Translations under genes and position numbers: made by a program | Assembly (NCBI RefSeq): GCF_000315625.1 | Contig: NW_005434654.1 | Location: forward strand, 128,273-192,272 | DNA length: 64,000 nt | Reading direction: 5' to 3' | Origin: Guillardia theta CCMP2712 | Lineage: Eukaryota; Protista; Cryptophyta | Shown: positions 1 to 10,981 of the stretch, one piece after another | How the letters are laid out: every line of letters starts with the position of its first letter | Numbering within the stretch: position 1 is the stretch's first letter | Notes under the pieces: generated by a model | What the model saw: only the letters and a program-made list of their open reading frames with translations | Told to the model about the DNA's origin: nothing | The model's database searches: none

Positions 1-2196
1 GAGACCGGAGCCTGAAGATTGCTTGCTGAAAGAAGAGGATTCAGACAAGGAGGAAAAGGGTTGGGACGGAGAGAGAAAATGGGACGAGGAAGGAGAAGCA
101 AAAGAACAAGCAGAAGAAGTCATCGCGAACCTTGGTGTTGTTGACGTTCAGGGAGCAGATATCTGGCATTCCGAAGTGGCAGAGACCGAACAATTCGCGG
201 AGGTTGAGATGTGTTGCGTTCATAGACGTGATGAAGGTCTGTGAAAGAAAGTGGCTCGACGAAGAGACAAGAGTCGTGTTGAGCTGTCCTCTTTGTCGTC
301 GGATACCCTTCAACACAGATCCAGCAACAAGATCTGCATCCTCCTGCTCTTTCTTCTGCTGCTGCTCCTCATCGAAATACTGTCGGAATGTGGTGTAATA
401 CTTATCGAGCTCGGGGGTGAGGCCAGGGGCGGATTTCTTGTACTCCAAATAGTGAGGGCCGTAGGTAGCTGCAATAGAGGAGCAGACAGGAAAATTGTTC
501 TTGAGGTCTACCGACGCGTAGGAGGAGTGGACGTTTCCAACCTGTGTTGTCCTCTGAAAGCTGTACTCCGTCTTCTCCAGTCGAGTGAGGTTGGCGTATT
601 TCTTGGCTTCGTCGAGCTCTAAAAATTCCTGGCCATCCTTGTAGATATAACTTCGATACTTCAAGTCCCTCGATGCGCGACAGATCCAACCCATTGGGAG
701 CCCTTCCTCTTCGCAAAGGAAGAACACGCACTTGTCTTTGTCTTCCATCTTCTTGAAGTTCTTGAGCACCCTCTGCATGTACAACCCCAGTTTCCTCTTC
801 TTCCTCCTCTTCGCTTTGAGCTCAGCATCCTCGTCAGGGATCTCTTCGACGGGAATGATGCATCCAGAGCCGGCAGGATCGACACAGAACAACTTATCCT
901 TGAACTTGCTCGGGAAAAGGAAAATTTGGCCGGGCTTCAGCTCCCTCCCGTTGTTCAACTTCAATGCAACCTCATACAGCTTTCCTCCTGGGACCATCTC
1001 CTCTTTCTGATAACCTTTCTTGATCCTCAACCTTGTCCTCCCTTGCGGTCTCCCGAGCTCCAGCAGGAGATCGCGTCCTTCAAACTTAGTAGTAGCCTTC
1101 ATGGAGCACCCATGTATCGGAAACTTGTCAGGAACGTAATGCTTCTCCTTAGCCTCGACGTCAGCCAGATCGTCAGAGGTGCTTGAAAACTCCATCTTGT
1201 TGATGTCGAACTCATCGTTCTCTGCACTGTTGTCGCTGGCCACAAACTCAAAGGTCGCATCAACCTCCGACTCGATAAAATCCGGCACGTCCACTCTATG
1301 CACAGTCTTGTATGGTTTTGAATCGTTTCTTTGCGCCGACGTGGCCTCCTCTAATTTTGGTACCTCCATCAATCGAAGGTCATCTTCATCCAGCAGCTCT
1401 TGCAAGCGTTTTGCTCTCTTCTCAGACAGGTACTTTTCATAGCTCTTCATCGGTTCATTGCTGATGGTTTTCTTCGTCTCTTCATGTGTCGATGTTATGC
1501 AGCAGCTTTGAATTTGAAGAGATCACTTACCTTCTAGGTCATCCTTGAAATTCGAGAGTTTGTCTTGAAGCAACGGATCGTCATCCAACGATTTGATGAC
1601 GTCATCAAATCTATCACACAAACTCACGTTATCAGTACGGTCAAGACAAAAGTCTCTCTCACAGTTTGCGTCTGTCTTTGATACCCAAGTTGAAATTCTT
1701 CTCTGCAATTTCTTCTTCCAAGGCCTCGAATTTTTCAGCCTATCAAAACTTTAGCGACAAACACATCGAACCTCTCATCTCATCAACCTGGTCATGGGTG
1801 AGCCCCATGAAATTCTCTGCACCAGGAACTGCCCAGCCCACAGTAGACTCAACTTGCTCCTTGAGCAGCTGCTGGTTCGCCTCCCATGTCTGCGATCTCA
1901 TCTCAGTCCGTCAAGCGTTAGCAAGATCAAGTAGATGTCTCTCTCACGTGCCAAGGATACACGGGAGCAGATGTAGAGCCATTTCTCCACCGCTCGGCAT
2001 TGTGTTCTTGCAGCAGTTTCACTCTCGCCGCAAGGATTCTCTCAGTGATCACGTATCCCCCACGCAACCGCAAGGGGCTCTTGCTGTGTTTGATCCACAC
2101 ATAGCTGCTCCCTCGTGCAAAGCTCTCATCCGCGAGGAAAGTTGTCAGCGCTCCGAGGGAGTACGTCACAACCAACCAGGTCGCCAAACCACTCAT
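1..2196 (-). CDS. Spliced hypothetical protein with hydrophobic leader, LRLRGG motif and an MBD-like segment; 3' end probably runs off the window
   Basis: ATG at 2196 gives MSGLATWLVVTYSLGALTTFLA...SPLRLRGG. Short GT-AG introns link it to the large exon seen as ORF 41..1450, which contains GLPMGWICRASRDLKYRSYIYKDGQEFLELDEAKKYA. Confidence 0.6.
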
Positions 2197-2689
2197 CACT
2201 CGATGAAGTGACAGAGCTTACAGGGTTCTAACAGGTTGAGAACTTAAGAGGTGATGAAATACTTGAAGATACTTTCATGACAACATGATCAGAAGGTTCT
2301 GTTGCAATACCCCAAGACTTGCTCTTCCATGAACACTTGCTCTTCGATGCACCGGTCTCATCGTCAACACTTCCTGGTCTGTACTTGCATCCTGGTCTTG
2401 TTTTCTCTGTGGAGTCTGCTAATCTCTTCGCTCTGCTTCTCACTTGGTCTTCGTTGAAGTTCCTTCTTCCTCCTCCTCCTCTCCTCAGCTCTCTGCCTGC
2501 CGCAGCTGCTGCATACTCCTTGCATGCGACGCCATTAGGCGTATCCGGCTCTAGAGAGCTTTCAAATTCTTCTGTCTATTTTCAAATAATGATGGTAAGG
2601 ACTTTCAAAAGTCCAAGTCTGCCTCAGGCAAGCAACATGGCCCAGATTGCGCGCGAAACTGATCAGAATGTAGGGCAGGGAGGTGAAGA

Positions 2690-2740
2690 GGAGGAGGAAG
2701 AGAGGAGAGGAGGGGAGAGGAGAGGAGAGGAGAGGAGATA
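2690..2740. repeat. Purine-rich (GAGAG/GAG)n microsatellite
   Basis: gaggaggaagagaggagaggaggggagaggagaggagaggagagga. Confidence 0.85.
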
Positions 2741-3196
2741 GAAGTTATAGAGTGGAGCTAGAGCAGGGAGCGAGGGCAAAGGATGCAGTTGGACGCCAAG
2801 AGGGTTTTCCTCCCTCTGCTCTCACGCCATGCTCTTGATCCATTCCTTTCCTGTTTCTTCCTTGCACGCCCTACTTTTAGAGAAGCGCCTCACACCTACC
2901 TCCAATCGTCCGGCATCAGATCTGCATCTTTAGCCTGCATTGCCCTCTCAAACGTTTCTGGTCTTCCCTAAAGCTTTTGACATAGGCGGGAAGCAGGAGG
3001 CAATGTCTCGGATGACTGAGAGGCAGATCTTGAAGATGAGCTCTATGGAGTTCGAGGTCAGCCCAACCATTGTATCAACTAGATCACTCTCCTCATCGTC
3101 CTGCAGATCCGAAATGCTCTGGGCAACATGGGGTTTTCTGCAGACGACATCTCTGCTGCCATCAAGAAGACGGGAGGGAAGAGCGTCGAAGCAGCC

Positions 3197-5823
3197 ATGA
3201 GCGTCTTGCTGAAAGTAGGTAAAAACACCGGCAATGAATTGTGATCATATCTTTGCAGGATGAACGGAATTCTCAGAGAAGCAGCAAGAAGCAGAAGACA
3301 GAAGCGAAGCAGGTGAGAAGGTTTATGGTGTAAAACGGTATCGTCTGAGATTATGTTGAAGACTCCTCCCAAGAAATCACCGAAGAAGAGCAGTAGTGTC
3401 GTTGTCTTTTTTGTTTTTTTTTATTGAGATCTCCTAATTCTTAGACGAGAAGCGTTCCAAGAAGAAATCGAGCAAGCCTCAACGGTCAGCGTACGAAGTT
3501 TTCTTTCTGCAGAAGAAAGAAGAGGTTCGAATATCGAGACAGCTGCATCAATGTAATGCCATAACACATCAACAGTTGATGCAGGAAATGAAGGAAATAA
3601 CATTTGGAGATCTTAAGAATCGCATTGACAAGGCCTGGAATGGTCTTTCACAAGAAGAAAGACTGCAGTGGAAAGAGGTAAACATGGTCAAAGGGTGAAG
3701 TATATGACTGAAATATTCAAAGGAGGAGGAGAAACCAGATAGTGATCATGACGAAGCCAATTTTGAAAAGGCACATAATGAAGATGATCAAAATATGGCT
3801 TCTCCAGCTGAACAAGGTTGGTGGCCTGTTGGATTCAGTACGTGCTCTTTCTGAGTTTGTGGATCATCACAGGGGGACAAGATGACCAAGAATCAGGAGG
3901 AATCATGGAATTTGACGAAGTTGCAGCTTCAACGAGCACAGAACCACCGAAACAACTCGATATTGGAGATCAAGAGAGAACTTTAACTGGCGGAGAGCTG
4001 GATGACCAGGAATCAGATAGTGAGATCGCAATAACATTGCTTCATTTTAATCTGACTTTCATTGCCAATCAGAAAATCAAGAGCGTTTACACACTCCTGT
4101 GAAGTTGGAAGTAACAACACAGTCTAATGTCTCGAACGAAAACAATGAGAAGAGCAAAAATCTATCGGAAGAACCAAATACAGCAAACGAAACGTACGAA
4201 TTGGAGGGGTATGACGAAGAGACGAGTGCAGGGAAAAAGTCCTCGAAGAGACCGAAGTCGCAAGAGAGAATTATCTTTGGAAGTGCACGGCAGATGGCGA
4301 TTGCAGCAGCAAAGGAAGAAATGCAACAAGAGATGGAGAAAAAATTGAAAGAACAAGTCCAGCAGGAAGAAACCAAGAAGAAACCTGTAGCTTCGTCCAA
4401 AATCAAAACTGAAAACTCGACAAGAGATCCTGCAAGGAAGGTTGAATCATCATCAACGTCCTCTACCATCCCAAGAATAAAAGCTTTGGACTCACATGAT
4501 GTTGATCCTGCATGGATGGGTAATGACACACTTCCTAGAATTCCTTACCTCCTTGTGCTGCTTGCGCAAACTTTGTGGCAGCGATCAATCAATGATTCGA
4601 TTTGTTTAATCAAACGTGCTCCGCAGGGTTTGTTTACGACGAAGGCCTTGATTCGAATTTACAAGGACCTGATTGTTTTGCTGAATCTACAACTCTACAA
4701 CTAAAATCGGTAAGCAACAGAATTTCATGATCCTCCAGCTTCTCTACTTTTGTACGTGTTCCGAATTTCGTAATTTGATGATCAGGCGGTTGCAAGTGAA
4801 AGGATAGAAAAAGATGAAACATTGGAAAGCTCTGAAGAAAGAAAGTGAGAGGCGCCTGATCAGAAAAGGCATCCTGACCTTGGTATTCAAAGATTGAAAC
4901 CAAGACTTCGGGGAATGTATCTCTCGGACATCATCAACAAGATCTTGATCAGAGATTGGCAACAAGTGGTGACGAACAAGAAGCTTTACAAGGTGATACA
5001 TTGCATGTGATGCTTGAAAGTGGAGGTGTATTTGCCTTCTTGTCTTTCTGCTGAACATCTGCTTGTTCCTGAATTTCACATCCATTCATGTCAACCGTTG
5101 TTTGTTTCAAAGTCCTCATATTTGTGTCAGTTGCCCCGAGAAAAAAGCCTAAGGGAAATCTTGACGCTGTTCTCTTCTTGCGCATCGGTCTGCCTCTTTA
5201 CGTTGCCAACGGTTGGAATGAGCTCACGAATGACAGAAGGACGATATTGACAGAAGAAACAAATTTGCACAAAGGTGACTCCTGATTGTTTCTGGGGCCC
5301 TTCATCAACTCATTATGCCGCAGTCTATGCCATTATTTCGACAATCTGTGCAAGTAAAAAGACGCTTTCCCACCTTGCATGCGGTCCTGCTCACGTCAGT
5401 TGTAGCCCATGGCTCCTGTATCATACAGCAGAAGTGAAACAGTATCAGCGATTGCTCAAGTACTGTTTAGCATGATGTAACTTATCCCTTTTTCTAACAT
5501 GATGGCAGAGATCAAGAAAATTCTCATCCTTGCGATGTCTATGGAGGAGAACATCTCGCACGCTTGCTCGCCAAACTTCCTGAGTTCCTCACCAACACTG
5601 AGATGGACAAGAGCAAAGTATGCAGACGTTTTGTGCATTCAAATACTGCTGTTACGATTCTGTTGATCGTTATCATTTTGTTGCAGGCAAGTGAAATCGT
5701 CGAGCAGTTTCGAGAACTTGTAACATTCATAGAAAAGAACGTGAGGTAAGACAAAGACGCTAGTCATGACTATTGCCTGATGTACACAATCAGTGCGATC
5801 ATCGAAGGAGGTGAAGCAATCTT
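3197..5823 (+). CDS. Multi-exon HMG-box-containing protein (3' extent uncertain)
   Basis: Removing intron 3525-3575 (GT..AG) joins KKSSKPQRSAYEVFFLQKKEE to LMQEMKEITFGDLKNRIDKAWNGLSQEERLQWKE, an HMG-box pattern. Acidic and low-complexity exons follow (ORF 4099..4704). Confidence 0.6.
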
Positions 5824-5961
5824 GAGAATTTTTTGATCTAAGTGAACGCAATCATCAACATTGATTCCCCTCGATTTATTGGAACTGCATGGCAAACTTT
5901 CTTACTGTCTTTCCAACTTCTTCCTGGAACTTGTTTTCCTTCTCTCTAGTTCTTTTCCATC

Positions 5962-8528
5962 TCAACCTTCCCTCACGTACTTGACGTTCCCCACGAAAGC
6001 TGCAATGACGGGCTGAGACGAAGGAGGCTAAGGGTCAAAGTGTGAGAACAGAAGACGATGGCAAGGGAAGAGTGAGGAAGAACGACGAAACGACCGAGAG
6101 GAGGAGGAGGAGGAGGCTGAAGAGCGAAGAAGAATCGAGGCAAGTGAAGTGGTCCCCGGGCTGAGATCACCGTGTCAAAGGAGCGACTGGCGGCCGTGAA
6201 ACCACACGCAAGAGCCAGGCAGGAATCCTAAGAGCGATGAAAACCAAGTCAGAAAGAGACGGAGGAGACGAAAACAAGGGCGAGCAAGGGAGGGAGGCAA
6301 CTGAAGTTTGGCTGTCACCTCGGCGAAAATTTCTCCTGGCGCAAATGCTCCTCGTGGCAAGCCTGTCACTTCGTCCTGACAAAACTGTCAGCAAGGAGGA
6401 CGAAGAAGGGGAGTTGCGGGCAATGGAGCAAGGAAGACACAAAGAACTCGAAAGTGCGAGAGTGATTCAAGTTGCGAGGGAAGGAGGAGGGGGAAGAAGA
6501 AGAGAGTGGGGGGTGGGGGGGGGGGTGGGGGGGGGAGAAGAGAGGAAGAGCAGCAATGGAGGAGGACTTCGTGAAGAAAGATTAGAGGGGATAGAAGAAA
6601 GAGATACATCTGAGTCGTTTCCTCCGAAATCTTGATCGAGGAAGTCAGAATCCAACGCCACCTGGACCAGGAGATGGTGACGAATGAGCAAAACTACAAG
6701 TCAACAGTTTCACATCTTTCGTCATCCTGATGATCAATCCGTTGATGTTGTTGGTGTGGATACAAACACCTCGAGTCTCTCCCGCCTGCCATTGGTCGCC
6801 CTCACAAGAACATCGATAGTGTCTGTGAACTGAGATCCTCCCCTCCGTCATTTCTTCGATCCTTCCCTTCCCTTCGAATCTTCCCCCCCTTCACCTTCAG
6901 CTTCAAAGTCTTGCTGCATGGAATCTCGCCATATTCCGGCCTTCCGTCCATCCAAGAGATCTGGTGGAAATCACAAGGGAGGCAGGAGCAGAATAAACTC
7001 ACAATGGGCAGTGAGATTTCTCCCCCTCCCAGCGCCTCCCAGCGAGTTCCGTCGAGCTCCTTCCCCCTCCCGCTTCCTTCCTTGCAGACCGAGACCTTCT
7101 CAAGAGTATGAGCAACTCTGTTACAAGAAGACACGGCACAGAGGAACAAAGCAGGACGAACAGTGACAACATGGAAGAGTTGGCTATAGACAACATGGAA
7201 GAGGTGGCTCTAGAGCATGTCATGGGAATACAAACAATCAGTACAAAAGAATCGCATATTACAGTTAGATGACAACCAAAGTCCTCGCTGACCTGAGTCA
7301 CGATGCTTTTTCCAGCCCCAAAGTTCAATGCAGGGGACGAGCCGCTCGCAAACCCTGTGATCTTCAGGGAGGCTTCACTCAACGGCTCCCAGCCGCTCCT
7401 CCCTCTCAACCTCCACAGGGTGCTCCTTGGCGATGATGTCGAAGAAGATCCCGAAGGCTGAAGGCCCGGCATTCACCGGGGGAGTCACCAGCTCCCATCG
7501 TTCACCTTCACTCCTCCCTCAGTGGCTGCGATGGCAGCAGAAAGGCCTACCGATCTCAGGCAACCTGGCTGGGTGCCCTGCTGATGTCCGGACCTCTTCA
7601 TCCTTCGGCTTGTAAGTGATCGACGCAGTGGCTGAGGAGGACATGATTCTGACCGAACAAGATATCACTGAGCACATCGGATTCTGGCATGCCGCGACAG
7701 TACATCTCGGTAGCTCCTTCTAAGGTGATTCCCCTCCTCGCGGCAAACTCAAGCTCTGCAAGGTGAACTTCATTCATGCCTGGCCAATAGAACGACAATC
7801 ACCTTGCTCGGAGCAGTTGGGAAACAGCCTTCGCAGCTGTGTTTTGATCGCATCCAAGTCAACGCTCGGGCGCTGAGCAGCCGTTGACTGCCAAGGGCAA
7901 GTCATGGGTCCATACTCATACTATTAGCACCTACTTGCGAGAAACCTTTGAGCAACTTATCCCACTCATCCGGGCCGATAAGATCTTGCTGGTTGACAAG
8001 AATGTCTCTCACGCTCTGCAAGAGACCTGTTCGAAGTTCTCCCACGCTCTGGGGCAGGCTTCCCGCTGACACCTCGCGCCTGTACTTCCTCCTTGCTACC
8101 AGAGCGGCCGCTCTCATCTCAGCCGCATCGTCTGCAGACACATCGCGGACGAAGACATACTTGTCTATGTACTTGTTGATGTCCTTCATCACCTCGTCTA
8201 TCGTCGTGTCCACATCCAGGGCACCATCATTGCTGTTTTTCATTGCAATCGCCCTCGCTCTCGTTGTGGACAAGTATCGCCGCCTTGCCAGGTTGAAGGT
8301 GTGACCCCGAGCCCTGGAAGGAAAGAGAGACAGAAATACTGTGGAAGAGGATGAGGAGGAGGAGGAGAACGAGACGTGCGGGCTCAAAGAAAAGGCCTGC
8401 GCTGACCACATGGAGGCCATGAGGACGAGAGAGATCAGGCTGGTCACCGATGCCGCAGAGGATGATGCCCGGAAGCATGAGCGACTGAAGGAAGATGACG
8501 AGGAGGCAGTAGAAGGACGGAGTATCAT
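5962..8528 (-). CDS. Multi-exon hypothetical protein with a bipartite plastid-targeting presequence
   Basis: LISLVLMASMWSAQA|FSLSPHVSFSSSSSS...RARGH...RRRYLSTTRARAIAM reads as signal peptide, +1 Phe, then an S/R-rich transit peptide. Downstream exons read SAFGIFFDIIAKEHPVE|ITGFASGS, AGETRGVCIHT and AFVGNVKYVREG*. Confidence 0.6.
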
Positions 8529-10058
8529 ATATACAGAGAGAGGGGTGGATGAAGAAAGGAACGAGACGAGCAGGGGAAGCTGCTCTCTACCATTCGCCCT
8601 CCTCGCACTAGTCGCCATGGTAAAAGGTTCACAGGGCACAAGGCTTTGGGACAAAGTTTGAGAGACGAGTTGCAAGTTGAGAAGTTTGAGGGGTAAAAGT
8701 TGAAAGTTTAAGAGTTCTAAGGTTGAGTTTTACATTTTAAAATGAACTTAATATCTGTAGGGGGCCGCGTGCGATACAAATAAATACTTATATGTGGGCT
8801 GATAGGCCCAGGGAAGTGACTATCACCAGGGATATTTCATATGAAAAACAATAAGAATTATGAATACTCTCTTTCGATGGTGTGATTGGAGGGCCTCTAC
8901 ATGACCCCTCCCCAACACTGAATGACAAATTTAGACCAGCGACCCCAAGTAGTACCGATAATAATTATATTAGACTATTTAAAAGCTTCAACAATATTTT
9001 TAGAGTATTTGTGTGTTTTAAATAGATCTTACTTTGTTTTTATTTCCGTCTATACGCACATCCACCCCACCCCACAATGTGTAAATGCGTCGTTGGGAGG
9101 ACCCCACCTGTTTTCATTTATTAACCCCACCTTGGTCTTTCGAATGAATTTGTGCTGAGATGTAGGGGTGAGGGTGATAACCCCTTGGAATACCTTTCTA
9201 CACATCTGACCCCATGGTGAATTTATGAAAAAGGGGACGGTCGGATATTCGGGGTAGGGTCAGCTCTTTGAAGGGGTATTTCTACAGGAGGGGTGTTAGT
9301 CAGGGATGGATCTTTGTTGAAATCCGAAGATATGTAAAATAAATCGAAGCGTATCATAGTGAATGTCGCTAGTAGAGGTAGGGTCACATATCATTTCGAG
9401 GGAGGATCCAGGAGGGTCGGTGGTATGCAACAAGGTAGGTTGGATTTGATGTCGAAATCAACAGGGTCACTTTGGTGGGGGGTACATATCATCACCGGTA
9501 ATTTCATAGTAAAAGAAAGGGGTACTCTATGGACCCCAGGGGGTCAATCATTTCATTCAGGGGTCTTCTGTAGTCGGGATCGAAGTTTGAAAAGGAGGGG
9601 GTTAGGGTGGAATATGAGGGTAGGGGGTCGTTAGAGCTCAGGGTGTTCAGGGGGTTAAATCTCGTGCAATCGGCTTTCCAGAAGGGTGGGGTTATTGATT
9701 GAAGGGGTAGTACATCACCCGTGGGGTGATCTTTTTGTGTTGGATCCATGTAAGCGTTTGCGAAGAGAAGGAAAGGCATGAAGGAATGCACGGAAGGAGA
9801 GGGCCGACATTGGAAGATGAAAGGAGGTAGAGAGTGGCTTTAATGATAGGAGGATGAGATGAAACAGCTCGGCATGCAGGAAGAAGGCTGAGAGGGAGGG
9901 AGAGACAGAAATGAAAAACAAATGGACGGAAACTGGGCAAACGCAACAACGTGATCCGAAGATATCGAAATTGCAGGGATAGAATAGAAAGGATTCGGAA
10001 TCGAAAGGTGGTAATAATGCAGCATGTTTTCGATTATTCGAATAATGCGAGGCAGAAA

Positions 10059-10849
10059 ATGTCTAACAGGACTGGGGAAAGCTCGAGCGAACTTTGCGCC
10101 TACAATCCTTTGAGAGCAAGCACAACAGATATGGAGGTTGTTCTACAAGATAGTGTCTCAATTGGGGTACACAACAGCACAATCGTGAGGAGTTAGATAA
10201 AGAGAAATGAATATTATACTGCGAGAGTATCTCCAACATGCCAAGTTGCATGTCGTATCCATGAACTCACTTTCCATGTACAGGTGCGAAGTGACTTGGA
10301 TGTAAGCGAGGATAATTGCAGACAAGGGGGAAGATGGTTGTCGAGAGCTTTCCTGTGCCTATTGCAATCGAATATGATATTGCTGTGCAAGGAGGGAAGG
10401 CAAACAGTTCAGACCGAAAGCAAGCAAGGAAAAGGCCTTCCATCGAAGAGCTGTTCACAAGGGATCGCGATGTTCTGTTCACCGTGTTAGGACTGCTGGA
10501 TCCTGCAACTCTTGCTAGAGTGTCTCTTGCTTCTCGTTCCTGGAACGCCTTGGGAAGTGAAGAAAGACTATGGGAAATTCACTGTCGTGTGGAACCACTT
10601 TGTCGCAATTCCTGGACTCCGCAGACAATTGTAAAGAATGGGGGATGGAAGAAGTTTTATGCGAATAGGTAAGAAGATGGTGTTCTGTTGTTATGAGCGC
10701 ACTAATGATTGCTTCAATGTAGAGCAAAAGAAGCAAAACTCGTGCAGGAGCTGTTCAATGAGAGAGACGTTGTGACATTCCGAGACTTGTGGTTGACTAC
10801 TGGAGAAATCCTTTGGGAAAACGTTATCGGGCCCTTGATTCCAATATAA
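10059..10849 (+). CDS. F-box domain protein (5' end uncertain)
   Basis: DRDVLFTVLGLLDPATLARVSLASRSWNALGSEERLWEIHC is an F-box pattern. An intron after ANR leads to the last exon, ending GPLIPI* at 10849. Confidence 0.75.
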
Positions 10850-10981
10850 ATGTTGATTCTAGCAGTCGAAATCGTTTGGACAAACAAAACAACAACCAAG
10901 GCAGATATAGCGTGTAAATCGATTAGTGACTGGACATGTTTGTAGAGAAACAATATGATTATTTATTTCTAACACACTAAT

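Noticed and set aside
6645-7149. HTNNINGL and a Cys/His stretch suggesting a non-LTR retrotransposon endonuclease or gag knuckle
   Set aside because: No further endonuclease or reverse transcriptase motifs. The fragments splice coherently into the plastid-targeted gene 5962-8528.
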